Below, in pieces: positions 1 to 12,177 of a DNA stretch of 35,423 nucleotides (position 1 is its first letter; each line of letters opens with the position of its first letter). This DNA comes from Seison nebaliae (Eukaryota), in the NCBI GenBank assembly GCA_023231475.1, contig JALJEE010000326.1, forward strand, positions 1-35,423. The letters are read 5' to 3'. The notes below the pieces were generated by a model. The model was not told the origin of the DNA. It made no database searches and saw only the letters and a program-made list of their open reading frames with translations. A program made the translations under genes and the position numbers.

Positions 1-868
1 ATCGATAAACGGCAATGTTGATGTGGTGAAAACTGAGACAAACGGAACAGTAAATAGTGAGGAAAATGAAACTCATGAGTCTCGCACTAAAGATGCCAAG
101 AAAAACATTCAAACAGTACCTTCGGAAACACCAAAAGAACCAGAAACTGAACAAACTAAAGACGAAGTTGAAGAATTGGTGGAATCTAAACCAAACGAAT
201 TAGAAGAACCACAAACTGAGAACGATCTTACTTTGGATGAAACACCGAAGGAATCTTCGGAAGAACCAACTGAAGACATCGAAAAGGAAACAACCAAACC
301 TAAAACTGAACAAACTAAAGAAGAAGTTGAACAATTGGTGGAATCTAAACAATACGAAAAAGAAGAACCACAAAGCGGTAGTGGGTTTACTTCCACTATT
401 CCAAATAAAAACATTAATAATCGTGAACAAACCATACCCGATTTGTCCAAAGAAACGTTTAAAAAAAAGAATATTGCAGATCCGATATTTCTCAAGCGTG
501 AAAGAGCATTCTGCTCCCATCCAAATCTCGAACAGAATGTTATCTCGGATAATAAAAACCTCAAGAAGGATGATTATAAGGCTATTGTTGATGATATCAC
601 ATACGAGCCTTTTAGAGCATATGATAGGAAATATTGGAAGTTGGGGAAGACGCATGATGATCGTATATCGGAATTACAACTGTCTATTAACTATCTGCTG
701 AACAAACTTAGAAAAATGATTTCTTTCTGTAACTACCAGTTGAAAAATGTCGATGTTCAATCATCGAGCGGAAACGAATCAAATACAATACAACGAACCC
801 AGTTATCAAATGAATTAAGAGCAGAAAAATTAGCAGAAACTTTAGTAGAAGGACGTTATGGATATTAA
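1..868 (+). CDS. 3' part of an uncharacterised protein with an acidic E/T/K/P-rich repetitive region (5' end outside the window)
   Basis: The frame is open from the window edge to TAA at 868. The ORF-track start is GTG, not ATG. A low-complexity N-terminal half with an internal duplication is followed by a globular-looking segment (DDITYEPFRAYDRKYWKLG...). No family recognised. Confidence 0.65.
   Translation, partial: SINGNVDVVKTETNGTVNSEENETHESRTKDAKKNIQTVPSETPKEPETEQTKDEVEELVESKPNELEEPQTENDLTLDETPKESSEEPTEDIEKETTKPKTEQTKEEVEQLVESKQYEKEEPQSGSGFTSTIPNKNINNREQTIPDLSKETFKKKNIADPIFLKRERAFCSHPNLEQNVISDNKNLKKDDYKAIVDDITYEPFRAYDRKYWKLGKTHDDRISELQLSINYLLNKLRKMISFCNYQLKNVDVQSSSGNESNTIQRTQLSNELRAEKLAETLVEGRYGY
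146..350 (+). repeat. Internal ~46-nt direct duplication within the coding sequence
   Basis: ACTGAACAAACTAAAGA(C/A)GAAGTTGAA(G/C)AATTGGTGGAATCTAAAC occurs at ~146-191 and ~305-350, encoding TEQTK(D/E)EVE(E/Q)LVESK twice. Confidence 0.85.
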
Positions 869-2391
869 GTATTTTCTGAAATTAACATGCTGAATATCAG
901 AACTAAAGAATATTACTTATTTTTTAATTATTTTATAAAAGGAAAATATTATGTGGAATTTTACACAATTTTTGTTCAATGTTTTGTTTGTAATAAATTA
1001 AACGTTTATGCCTTACAATGTTAATAGTAAGAGTAAAACTTATTTAGTAACGACAAAAATAAAATTAAATCTAATAAATTCGCAAGGTAGAATTGCATAA
1101 TCTCTAAACTTTCTAATAGTTTAGATGTTTCGTCATTCCTTCGTCCACTTATAACAAAAGGTTTTCATTCCGTTATGACCGTTGTAACATCGCATGGAAA
1201 GGATGATTGTGGTTTAATCATCTTCATTGAACATTGTGATGATGAGCACATAAATTGGATAGTTATTTTTCTAAAGTTCCCCACAACTATCTAACTGTAA
1301 GCCTTAAAAGTTTTTTCTATTAATCCATTGTTCTCATAGTCATCCAGCATATCAATCATTTCATATATGACCTATTGAAAGTCACTTTAATCTTCTCAAT
1401 TGCATTGCCGGTTGTGCTAGCAAAATAATTAATCAGGTGATAAAATATCTTCGACATTCATTATCGATCAGGTTATAAAGACAATAGAGGATTTGAAGGA
1501 GAGTTTAAATAAGCATAATCTGTCCATCTCTCCAATCACTACAAACTATATCACTCATCGATTATATGAACATTATTATACATATTTGAACATATTTTCA
1601 TTATATCAAATATTATTTAGTAATCGTATTTAAATTATTAAAATAAATTATTCAGTATCTCGTGTAGTTTCGATATTTAGTCATTCATTAGAAGCTATAA
1701 GTTAAAAATTACGAGTTTTAATCAATCAAAAATTAATCAATCACAGAAATTGTAAGAAACTAAAGATTGCGGTGAAGCCTACTCATAATCATATTCATAA
1801 TGGACTCTTAATAACTAGAAAATAATGAACATTATCAAGAATATCAAAAAAACATTTATTTTATTCATTTATATTTATTATTAATTCATTTAATATTTAT
1901 TCATAACGATTCATCTTTTTCATAGTGAATAGTGAGTGCATCTTAATGACTAGAATGATGAGAAAAAATGAGACGAAAATCGAAATGAATAATTCCAAGA
2001 AAATAACTGATATAATAGAAGATGAAGGCTACAATTTTATTAGAGGGAAATGAGCGTAGTAAGTGAAGATTTATTGTTGTAATAATTCTATGAATGTTTG
2101 GTAAAAACTTCCACTTCATCATCATCTACATTTCCAATTTGTTGTATGATTTCTATACATAACATTAAAATGTCTTTGAAATGTGAAAGTAGTTTGCTCC
2201 TCAAAAAATTCGATATGTGTCATATTATTTTGTGTGTGTGAGATCTACACCTATTTCTTATGAGATTTATTTAAAATAAATATTTATCGGAGAAGTGTCT
2301 CCCATTTTCTTCTTCCTTTTTTTTCTAAAAAATATTTTCTTCTCGAAACATTTTCATTTTTATTTATCTCTCTATATTTGACTAGAAGAAG

Positions 2392-5300
2392 ATGAATATC
2401 TCATTGAAGATTTCCAATGAGAATAAAGTGTTCATATTGAGAAGTGAAGTGACTCAATTATTGTCATTAATTCTCCAAGAGAATGCCAATAGTGAATTAT
2501 TAATAGAAGATGATGGTGATGATGATGAAAAGGAGAAACAACAGAAAAATAAAAATAATAATAATAATAATTCGTTATCATCATCAAATCAGGAGAAGAA
2601 GAAAGAGCGATTGGAGGAGAGTGTTCTACCAGAAATGGATTTATCGTTAAAAAAAGTCGTTGACATGTTAAGGAAATTGAAACAATCATTAGAACGTCAA
2701 GGTGAATCGATAGAAAATTTTAATATTTTAAACTGTTTCATGCCATTTTTGGTGACAATACGATCAGGAAAAACATCAGGAACTGCCACCACAATGGCAT
2801 TGGATTCATTATGTAAATTCATTTCTTATGGTTTTATTCCATATAATGAGAAAGTATTCGCTAATTCACCAGTGAATGAAGAGGCTCGATGGATTATTGC
2901 TTGTGTATTCAAATCGATTACTAAAGCCAGTTTCATTGGAAATGATACGATTACTGACGAATTGCCATTATTGCACATTCTCCAAACATATCAATTAATC
3001 ATGTCAACGTCCATCGGACGAGAAATTAGTGATTGTAGTATTTGTGAAATGATACAAGGATGTTTTCGAATTTGTTTCGAATTGAATCTCTCGAATGTTT
3101 TGAGGAAACAAACGGAATTAGTGGTCGAGAGTACCATACGTCGAATATTTTCACGTTTCGATGAATTACAATTATTATATCGGAAATTATCAGAAGAGAA
3201 ACGAATTCAAAAAGTAAAAAATCAACAAATTCATGTAACAAATAAAAAATCGATCAATCAAGATGAATCGAATGGAGACGATCAACAAAATTTGGAAATT
3301 GATTCAAATATTTTAATTTCAAATGAAAATCAGAAGAAATTATATAAGAAATTACCACATGCATTCAATTTGCCGTGTGTTCGTGAAATTTTACGATTTC
3401 TCATCGCTCAAATCAAATGGGAAGATGGAGAGAATGTGGATCCATTCAAACATGTTTTCCTTCATTTACTTATCGGAATTTTCGAAATGAGTGCAAAAGA
3501 GATCGGAGAATGTGTCGTTCTTCGACAGAAAGTCGAAACAGATCTTTGTCTTCATTTGGCGACACTACTTCATACGAGAACGTTAACGATTTTCGAACAA
3601 GTTCTCAAATTGAGTTTCCTCATTTTCCAATCACTTCGTCATCAATTGAAATCTCAATTTGAATATTTTTATGGGAGAATTTTGAAAATTATCAGTCAAG
3701 GAACTGATCAACATCAATTATTTAATAGTTTTAATGAGAATCAAAATAATCAGAAATTTCTTAATGATGATCATTCGAATTTAAACACGAATAACAACAA
3801 CAATAATAACGGTTTGAGTGGAGGTGGTAGTGGTGGAATTAATAATAATAATTCAATAAATAGTCATGCGATCGATATGATGAATGATCAAACGGATTTG
3901 AATGAACGGAAAGAAATGTGTTTGAATCTTCTCCAACAATTTCTCTTGTTACCGGGATTCGTATCAGAATTGTATTATAATTATGATTGTGATTTATATG
4001 GAATGAATTTGTTCGAAATGACGACGGAAATTTTAGCGAAAAATTCATTTCCATTAAATGAAGTGACAAATATTCATGTACAATCGTTGAATTCGTTAAG
4101 AATTATTATCGATGTTGTTAGTGAACGATGTTTTTATCATTCATCCGATATCTTTCAACATTCATGTGAATGGCGTTCGTTGATGTTAACGGATAAACAA
4201 TTAATTGAATTAAAACGTTTGAAAAGAATTATGTCGAAAGGAATACAATTATTTAATAAAGAAGCTAAAAATGGTATAAAATATTTGAAAGAACAACAAT
4301 TTCTTAAAAGTGATGAAGATATCGCTCGATTCATTCATACTTGTCCCAATTTGGATGTGACACAAATTGGAGAATATATCAGTCGTCGACAACATGCCAA
4401 TATTCGATCATTATTTATGAAAGGTTTCGATCTCTCTAATCAACGAATCGATTTAGCTCTTAGACAAGTACTCGAATCATTTCGTTTACCGGGGGAAGCA
4501 CCATTAATCCAATTGGTGATCGAATCATTCGCTGAAACTTGGTCAGAAGTTAATGATTCACCATTCGTCAATACAGATGCAGCATTTACATTAGCTTACG
4601 CTATCATCATGTTACATACAGATCAACATAATAAGAATGTTCGTGTTCAAAGTAATCCGATGACATTACAACAATTTCGTTCAAATCTTCGATTAATGAA
4701 TGGAGGTGAGAATTTCGATCAAGATTTATTGAAAGAGATTTTCGATGAAATTCGAACGAATGAAATTGTTATGCCAACAGAGAAAGGCGAATTAGCGACC
4801 GATCTTTATGAATGGAAAGCGATACGACGTCGTCAACTTCATCGGAAGATTGTTGGTGTTGAAACGGATGAAAATAAAGAGAAATTATCAAATTTAAATG
4901 AGAAGAATGAGGAGAGGAAGAAAGAAATTAATAATTTCACTCGTAAACAATATGTCCGATTACCGTCAGGAGCGTTAGCGGCACATTTGTTTGATATTTT
5001 ATGGGCACCAGCTATCTCGTCATTCTCCTTCATTTTCGATCGAACAGACAATGTCGATTTTGTCCGATTAACATTGGACGGATTTAAAAATTGTGCAAAA
5101 ATCGCAGCATTTTATTCTCTCACTAATGTCTTCGATAATATTGTCATATCATTATGTAAATTTACGAGATTGAAAACGGGTGCGATGGATCAGATGAAGA
5201 ATCGTTTAATTCATGCATCGAACGATCATCAAACTCATCAATCGAATGACGGAAATCATGGAACGAATACTACCGTCTTCAATAATATATCTCATCATCA

Positions 5301-8300
5301 AAATTCAAATTCTCTTCAACAACAACAACAACAACATCATCATCATCATCAGCAAACACAACAAAATCATTCGTCGAGTAGTAGGGGAAGTATGACATCA
5401 GGAAATATGAGTCATCGTCATCAATCACCAAATCATCATCAACAACAACAACAACAACAACATCATCATGATTCCATCGATAATTATCAGGTTGATATAG
5501 AAATAGCTTTGAAATTCGCCTCGTCACCAAAGGCACATTTGGCCGCACAAACTCTCTTTTATTTGACACATTGTTATGGGAATATGATAAGAGATGGATG
5601 GCACGATTTAGTTGATTGTATCGTTCAATTATGTCATTGTCGTTTATTGCCGAAAGAATTTTTATTTATTGACGTGGATGGTGAACAGAGTTCGTTAGCG
5701 AAAGAAGTTGCATTTGTCACTTATAGTAAACGATTTAATTTAAAAGAGAATGAAAAAGGTTTAACATCATTAGTCAAATCAAAATTCCGTCGTCGAAATC
5801 GTAAAAAAACGAAAAATAATGATTTGAAAAATTTGTCGAAGGAGAATTTGGAAGAGAAAGAATCGAACGAGAATGTCAATGATAATGATGATTGGAAAAA
5901 TGAGAATTCCGAACAGAAAACGGGAGGAAAAGAAAAAGAGAATCAAAATTCAAAATCACAATCATCAACCGGTTTCTGGGGTGGCATTTATAACATCTTC
6001 TATACAGCCACATCACATAATCAAATGCAATCGAATTCCGATGATTATGCCGCTCGATTTTGGAATGATTCACAAGAATTCGAGACTTATTGTGATCATT
6101 TGAGGAGGATGGATCGTCCATTACCATCGGACGATGAATGGCCGTCACCATATTATTATTATGTGTGTAAATCATTGACAACAATGTCGCCAAGAAATCA
6201 TAAGAAAATGTCATCAACTTATCAATTCATTCGATCATGTCAATTGGAAGGTCTCATTTCTGATACTCGATTATTACATTTCGATTCGTTAAAGAAACTC
6301 ATAATCGTTCTCCTTCAATCCACTTCACCATCATTATTGACAGCAGCATATTGTTTCCATCGACGAGAACGTTCCAATCAATTCACTTCAACATCTCCCA
6401 CATCACCAACAAACACATCCTCCATCACATCCGTAACGAAACAAATGAAGAGAAAAGAACGGAAATCGAAAACTCGAGACGACATAGAAATGGAGACGAA
6501 TAATGAAAAATTTCCAACGAAATTCAATTTCAAACATCAGAAGAATAATAATACAAATAATAATAATAATAATGATAATTTGAAATTGGAGAATTTTGAT
6601 ATTGACAATAATTTAGAGAAAAATTCTTCCAAATCAATTCCATTAGAACAATTATTTTTCTCGTCACCAAAAGCTCACGAGATTTGTAACGAACAATCTC
6701 AAACACCTCGTAATGGAGCGTTGGCGAATTTATTCGATTCTACAGAAATGTCTCATCATCTTCTCGAACGTGCCACATTGTGTTGGGAGATGTTAATGAA
6801 GATTATTTGTCTCAATCGTGATCGTTGTCATGAATTATGGACATTATTTTTACGAGACCAAATCGTCCAAATTTTGGCTTCTTTAGTCGGAATTCAAATT
6901 CATCAGACACCCATTTATTTACCCAAATCTCTCTCCTTTATTACAGAAGATGATGAATTAATTTATGTTCGATATCAATATCAACAAATTCTCAATAATG
7001 CTCTGATGGAACGACGAGAGAAGAATATCGGATTACAACAATTATCACAATCATATTCTCTTTTATTTTTAGCGCGACGATTCGTTACTGGATTATTAGA
7101 AATTGCGTCACGTTTTATTCGTCGATATGAATTGATCGATCAAGTCATTGATATTTTATCGATGTTGTTCATATTCGTTCCATCGCCATTGCCCACATTA
7201 AGATCGTTATTATTTGAACGAGAACAATATCGTTTAGCTTGGGAGAATGTTGAAGAAATAATTGAAAGACATTGGAAAAATAAAAATGAATTAAATGTGG
7301 AAGAAAGTGAATTAGTTGAAATGAGTATGAAAAAAGATACATCGATTATTTTACATTTGAAAAGATTATCATATTTATATCAACATCAATCACTCTCCAA
7401 TTGTTATGAAGAATCTTCATATCTTCATGGCGTCTACGCTTTATCATCCAATTATTCAATTAATCCAAATTCGAATCGTTCAAAAAATGATGAAATTCTT
7501 CCATCAAATTCATCAATAGAAAAATTTCCAAATAATCAAATAACAAGACCGGCATTAGAGCAAGCACTCATTTTCCAAATGGTCAAACAAATTTGTCCCC
7601 AAAAACAATTATGTTGTTACCATAAAGGATACATGACATTAATTCGACGATTATCATCGATAATTTCTCGCGGTCTCTCCAACGTCCTCCAATCCTCCGT
7701 CACCAACATTCGAGAATCATATCAATGGAATGTCATTTTTTGGTTAATCAATTGTTGCGGTAGTGGCGTTACTCCACCATATGAATATACGAAAATTTAT
7801 TTAAATTCTGTCGAATCAATCGATAATAATCAATTATACGATCTCCAACAACGCAAACAACAACAACAACTTCAGAATATTCAACGTTCCACAAAATATC
7901 TTCATTGTTATACGTCGATATCAGATCCTCAATTGGATTCGATGAGTTTCGATGAAGAATCAATATTGACACAAAATGAACGAGGTTATGTATCTGATGC
8001 TGATTTATATCGATGTAGTATGGAGAGATCGAAAGAGATCTCGAAAAATTATCAAGAGAAAATGAAAGAACAACAACAATTGAATAAGAAGAAATTGATG
8101 AATGATTGGGTAGTGATTGCACCGTTACCAAAACGTGAAATGAAACCATGTGATGCTATTATGATGCAATCATTTTTCGAACAAATGAGAAGATCATCAA
8201 TTGATATTGAAAATGAACGATTTAGTGATGCTAATGAATTATATGATATTACATTATGTCATTCCACATTAGATATCGCTGTTCATGATAATCGATCATT

Positions 8301-10521
8301 ATGGATATCGGTCGATATTGTTTATTCTCTAATCAAGAGTTGTGATTGTATTTCAATGAATAATTATTTCATGTATTTAAAATGTATTCGTTTGTTGATT
8401 GAAGCGTCGACAAATTTGTATATTCAAGACAAACAAGAATGGCGACAGAAACATATTCGAAGAAAGAAATTGAAAGAAGATAAAAAATTCCATATGAATT
8501 TCCAAAAATCTTATGATGATGATATGAAAACTGTTCGTACAGATAATGTCGATAATCATCTTCATCGACAATTTACGAGTAATCCCGATCTGTCAATATC
8601 TGATAAATCGGAAAATGAGAAATTATCGACGACTAAATCCAATATTAAATTATTTCAAAAATCATCTGACGATCAATCGATCGATACCAAATCCAAATCA
8701 TCATATCAACTCCATCATCAACAATCGATGAAGACGTTGGGTTCTTTAAATTTATTCTCCTTCTCCATCGACACTGAACAATTGCCAAATTGGATCAATA
8801 CGAAATTATTAGATATTAATGATTCAAAATCGTCGTCGTCATCATCATCGAAAAATAAGAAAATCTTCAATAATAATCGACCATCATTGATGACAATGGC
8901 TGATGATGATCTCTTATTATATACATCAGAAGAAGAATATTTATTATATGAAGAGAAGAATTCAATTCCATCAAATAATGAAATTGAGGAAGATCCTAGT
9001 TCATTTTATTATAAAATTACTCATAAATTATTAGAATTACTTCATTTGCTTCATGCGAAAACAGCGAAAATATTTGAAAAAAGTGAACAAATGTCATCTA
9101 ATCTTTTCACTTATTGTTGGTTGCCCATATTGCGTGGAATGGCAGGAGTGTGTTGTGATGGTCGTCGTCAAATTCGACGATTGGCATTAAATTTCCTTCA
9201 ACGAGCATTGCTCCATACGCAAATGAAAGATTTATCACCCAACGAATGGGAAAGTTGTTTCAATAAAGTTCTCTTTCCATTATTGACGAAATTGATGGAG
9301 ATTCATGTTTTGGATGATAAATATATTCCAATGAGACGAATGTGGCCACACAAATTAGCTGCATCCATATCATTAATTCGTTTACATCGATCGAATATAA
9401 ATAATCCTAAATCATCATCCACTTTCTCCACATCATCAAATATCAATATTAATCATGGTAATTCTATTCACAATCATTTCAATCATAGTGACAACAATAA
9501 CAACAACGCACTTCAATATACTTCCCATATTAGTAGTGAGAATTTATTGAAGAATTTAGAACATGACAAACATTTGACGTCCATCATTCAGGAGATTGGT
9601 AATCCGTTAAATTTGGAAGAATCTCGAATGAGAGTTTGTACTCTACTCTCCAAAGTCTTCTTACAAAATCTTCAACAATTAGCCACTTTATCTACATTCT
9701 CAGCTTTGTGGCTCACAATTCTCGATTATATGGATCAATATATGAACGTGACACATAATGAACAATTAACCGATGCTATTCCAGAGATGTTAAAGAATAT
9801 GTTACTCGTCATGAATACGAGTGGATTATTCATCAATGAAAAAGGCGAACAAACAGTACTCGCCAATCTAACACAAGATCGGGTCGATGTACTATTACCA
9901 TCATTATGGAAATATGTTATCGAAAGTTTTCCAGTCAATCGCAAATCCAGTCGCCATAATTCGAACAAAGAAGAAAATGAAAAGAATTTGAAAGTTGAAA
10001 TGGAAATGGAAAAGGAAAAGAATTTGAAAATTGAAAATGAAAAAAATTTTAATTTAGAAAAAGAAGAAAATTTGAAAATTGAACAAGAAAAAAATTTAAA
10101 AATTGAAAACGAAAAAACTTTTAATTTAGAAAAAGAAGAAAATTTGAAAATTGAAAAAGAAGAAAATTTGAAAATTGAAAAGGAAAAAAATTTAAAAATT
10201 GAAAATCAAAACGAAAAAAGTTTGAAAGTTGATGAAAAGTCGGAAAAAATCAGTGGAATATCAAATGAATATCAACAAATAACTGAAGATGACAAAGATA
10301 ATTTGAATACGAAACAAGTGCCACCATTAAACCATACAGACACGAATGGATCAGTTAATATTGTTAACGTTCAACCATTAAATTTCGATGAGCAGAATAA
10401 ATCGATATCTGGTCGTGTCAACTTCATTCCCGCACCACCCAACTACCAAATAAATAATGAAAATCTTCATGAAACTCCTCCATTACCAGTTGATGTGACG
10501 AAACCTTCCACTTCCCATTAA
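2392..10521 (+). CDS. GBF1: Golgi brefeldin A-resistant Arf guanine nucleotide exchange factor 1 (large Sec7-domain GEF); single exon, 2709 aa
   Basis: Sec7 motif FRLPGEAPLI (GBF-type EAP) plus FTLAYAIIMLHTDQHN; N-terminal DCB region (PFLVTIRSGKTSG..T.MALDSL.KFISYG); HUS box YYNYDCDLY; HDS motifs (VFDNIVISLCKFT, CCDGRRQIR..AL..LQRALL, LEESRMRVCTLLSKVFLQ, LWLTILDYMDQYM). It carries poly-N/Q/H insertions. Confidence 0.96.
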   Translation: MNISLKISNENKVFILRSEVTQLLSLILQENANSELLIEDDGDDDEKEKQQKNKNNNNNNSLSSSNQEKKKERLEESVLPEMDLSLKKVVDMLRKLKQSLERQGESIENFNILNCFMPFLVTIRSGKTSGTATTMALDSLCKFISYGFIPYNEKVFANSPVNEEARWIIACVFKSITKASFIGNDTITDELPLLHILQTYQLIMSTSIGREISDCSICEMIQGCFRICFELNLSNVLRKQTELVVESTIRRIFSRFDELQLLYRKLSEEKRIQKVKNQQIHVTNKKSINQDESNGDDQQNLEIDSNILISNENQKKLYKKLPHAFNLPCVREILRFLIAQIKWEDGENVDPFKHVFLHLLIGIFEMSAKEIGECVVLRQKVETDLCLHLATLLHTRTLTIFEQVLKLSFLIFQSLRHQLKSQFEYFYGRILKIISQGTDQHQLFNSFNENQNNQKFLNDDHSNLNTNNNNNNNGLSGGGSGGINNNNSINSHAIDMMNDQTDLNERKEMCLNLLQQFLLLPGFVSELYYNYDCDLYGMNLFEMTTEILAKNSFPLNEVTNIHVQSLNSLRIIIDVVSERCFYHSSDIFQHSCEWRSLMLTDKQLIELKRLKRIMSKGIQLFNKEAKNGIKYLKEQQFLKSDEDIARFIHTCPNLDVTQIGEYISRRQHANIRSLFMKGFDLSNQRIDLALRQVLESFRLPGEAPLIQLVIESFAETWSEVNDSPFVNTDAAFTLAYAIIMLHTDQHNKNVRVQSNPMTLQQFRSNLRLMNGGENFDQDLLKEIFDEIRTNEIVMPTEKGELATDLYEWKAIRRRQLHRKIVGVETDENKEKLSNLNEKNEERKKEINNFTRKQYVRLPSGALAAHLFDILWAPAISSFSFIFDRTDNVDFVRLTLDGFKNCAKIAAFYSLTNVFDNIVISLCKFTRLKTGAMDQMKNRLIHASNDHQTHQSNDGNHGTNTTVFNNISHHQNSNSLQQQQQQHHHHHQQTQQNHSSSSRGSMTSGNMSHRHQSPNHHQQQQQQQHHHDSIDNYQVDIEIALKFASSPKAHLAAQTLFYLTHCYGNMIRDGWHDLVDCIVQLCHCRLLPKEFLFIDVDGEQSSLAKEVAFVTYSKRFNLKENEKGLTSLVKSKFRRRNRKKTKNNDLKNLSKENLEEKESNENVNDNDDWKNENSEQKTGGKEKENQNSKSQSSTGFWGGIYNIFYTATSHNQMQSNSDDYAARFWNDSQEFETYCDHLRRMDRPLPSDDEWPSPYYYYVCKSLTTMSPRNHKKMSSTYQFIRSCQLEGLISDTRLLHFDSLKKLIIVLLQSTSPSLLTAAYCFHRRERSNQFTSTSPTSPTNTSSITSVTKQMKRKERKSKTRDDIEMETNNEKFPTKFNFKHQKNNNTNNNNNNDNLKLENFDIDNNLEKNSSKSIPLEQLFFSSPKAHEICNEQSQTPRNGALANLFDSTEMSHHLLERATLCWEMLMKIICLNRDRCHELWTLFLRDQIVQILASLVGIQIHQTPIYLPKSLSFITEDDELIYVRYQYQQILNNALMERREKNIGLQQLSQSYSLLFLARRFVTGLLEIASRFIRRYELIDQVIDILSMLFIFVPSPLPTLRSLLFEREQYRLAWENVEEIIERHWKNKNELNVEESELVEMSMKKDTSIILHLKRLSYLYQHQSLSNCYEESSYLHGVYALSSNYSINPNSNRSKNDEILPSNSSIEKFPNNQITRPALEQALIFQMVKQICPQKQLCCYHKGYMTLIRRLSSIISRGLSNVLQSSVTNIRESYQWNVIFWLINCCGSGVTPPYEYTKIYLNSVESIDNNQLYDLQQRKQQQQLQNIQRSTKYLHCYTSISDPQLDSMSFDEESILTQNERGYVSDADLYRCSMERSKEISKNYQEKMKEQQQLNKKKLMNDWVVIAPLPKREMKPCDAIMMQSFFEQMRRSSIDIENERFSDANELYDITLCHSTLDIAVHDNRSLWISVDIVYSLIKSCDCISMNNYFMYLKCIRLLIEASTNLYIQDKQEWRQKHIRRKKLKEDKKFHMNFQKSYDDDMKTVRTDNVDNHLHRQFTSNPDLSISDKSENEKLSTTKSNIKLFQKSSDDQSIDTKSKSSYQLHHQQSMKTLGSLNLFSFSIDTEQLPNWINTKLLDINDSKSSSSSSSKNKKIFNNNRPSLMTMADDDLLLYTSEEEYLLYEEKNSIPSNNEIEEDPSSFYYKITHKLLELLHLLHAKTAKIFEKSEQMSSNLFTYCWLPILRGMAGVCCDGRRQIRRLALNFLQRALLHTQMKDLSPNEWESCFNKVLFPLLTKLMEIHVLDDKYIPMRRMWPHKLAASISLIRLHRSNINNPKSSSTFSTSSNININHGNSIHNHFNHSDNNNNNALQYTSHISSENLLKNLEHDKHLTSIIQEIGNPLNLEESRMRVCTLLSKVFLQNLQQLATLSTFSALWLTILDYMDQYMNVTHNEQLTDAIPEMLKNMLLVMNTSGLFINEKGEQTVLANLTQDRVDVLLPSLWKYVIESFPVNRKSSRHNSNKEENEKNLKVEMEMEKEKNLKIENEKNFNLEKEENLKIEQEKNLKIENEKTFNLEKEENLKIEKEENLKIEKEKNLKIENQNEKSLKVDEKSEKISGISNEYQQITEDDKDNLNTKQVPPLNHTDTNGSVNIVNVQPLNFDEQNKSISGRVNFIPAPPNYQINNENLHETPPLPVDVTKPSTSH
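9968..10232 (+). repeat. Coding tandem repeat in the GBF1 C-terminal tail
   Basis: Roughly ten degenerate copies of an 8-aa unit, (K/N)E(E/K)NLKIE (GAAAAAGAAGAAAATTTGAAAATT-like). Confidence 0.85.
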
Positions 10522-10696
10522 AGCCAATTATTAATCTAATAACGTTGATATGAAAATAATAATATTATTTATTTAAAGAAAAATTCTATTTATTAAATTA
10601 AAAAAAAATTTCGGAAATTTTAATTTTCTCTAAACAAGTTAAAACGATTATAGTTCAAAGAAATTTGAAGATTTTTTTTTTTGCAGAAAACATTCT

Positions 10697-12177
10697 CTAA
10701 TCGTTATCGAAAGAATTTTCCTTCTTTTTTTCACGTCGAATAATTTCATTTTGGTATTTAATTTCAAATGTATCTTGTCTTGAACGATCGAATAATTTCA
10801 CGTAATTCCTTAAAGTTTCAGAAGATAATTCACTAAAATATAATTTGGAATAATCGATTGCTTCTAATTGGCAATGAGAAAAATCTTCTTTTATTCCATT
10901 TAACATCAACTTCAACAAATTCATTTTGATGTTCAATTGGAAGATTTCTTTCAAAATAAATTCATTCACATTTCGATATTGGACACTCGTCCAATTCTCA
11001 TTCTCATAATGACATTTATACAGAATTAATGGTGTTGCAGAGGCGAAATTATAATTTGGTGTTCCTTTCGTTAATTCTTTCTCGTTTAATAATCGTTCAA
11101 TAATTTCCGGTTCTTCTTTATTCATTCCGATCAATAGAAGAATTGAAATGATACATCGAATTTCATGATAAAGAAAAGCGTTTGCTAAAATTCTTAAATA
11201 TATCGTCCCTTCTCCACCATTAGACGAAGTAGATGAATTTGATAATTGAATAAATTCAACAGAAGAAATTGTTCGAATAAAATTCGTAACATTATTTTTC
11301 AAATCCATCCGACATAAATGTCGGAGATCATGAGTTCCTAATAAATAAGACGATGCTTTTTCCATTTGATCGATATTCAACCACTCACATCCCATCGGTA
11401 ATATGTAACGATATTCTCTTTTTATACATGAGAATCGAGCAGAAAAATCGATAATATTTTCTAATTTCCAAATAGAATAAATTCGAATTGTTGGAATGAG
11501 AACACCATTTAACATCCTCCCGTACAATTCGACATCATCCAATTTTCTAATTTTTAAACTGATCACTTGACTAAATGCACTAACTCCTAATATTTCAATT
11601 TTATTAATTTTATTTTTAATATTTTAATTCAATTAATTTTCCAAACCTTTATCTGTTCGACCACAACGAGAATATTGAGAAGATTGTCGATCTCGAATTA
11701 ATTTCGTTTCCATTAAAGCATCAAACAAATGATCCTCTACGGAATTTCTCACTAGACCTTTCGAGTCTTGAGCGAAAGCCTAAAAACCGTTAAAGAATAT
11801 TAAGGAGAATTGAAGAGATAATAATGAGATTTTATAACGTGAAAATTCCATCCAAAATAAAAAAATTTGATTGCTATAAATTCATATGAACATTTTTCAA
11901 AATCGAATTTCCTCTCTCGTTTTCTTTTCTTCATTTGTTTATTTTCAGTATTTACATTTGGAAATCGTTTTAAGGAATCAGATTTTTGAGTCTTCTCATC
12001 GATTTCGACGGTTGAGTCTTTTAATTCGTTTTTCGATTTTTTTGATGAAATTATAAAATTCTCAAGTTCATGAATATAATGAATTAATTGATTTCTTTCT
12101 ATCGAATATTTTTTCTTTCTCATAAATTCAATTCTTTTCGATATTCTATTGAAATTATTCTCCATTTCAAATAACAT
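10697..12177 (-). CDS. PUS3: tRNA pseudouridine(38/39) synthase, TruA family; exons 12177-11839, 11779-11647, 11586-10697 (453 aa)
   Basis: The spliced product gives RKFDF...IAIKFFYFGWNFH-AFAQ, the catalytic YSRCGRTDKGVSAFSQVISL, FSARFSC..REYRY, LLGTHDLRHLC and ANAFLYHEIRCI. The two GT-AG introns (59 and 60 nt) keep the frame; total 1362 nt. Confidence 0.93.

Noticed and set aside
1020..1372. Minus-strand frame that reads protein-like (VIYEMIDMLDDYENNG...) with two internal stops
   Set aside because: No recognisable homology, start or coherent exon chain. It could be a decayed fragment but cannot be supported.
109..9968. Many antisense and alternative-frame ORFs overlapping ORF1 and GBF1 (likewise within DDX41 and the lectin gene)
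   Set aside because: These are shadow ORFs from codon bias and trinucleotide repeats, with no motifs of their own.
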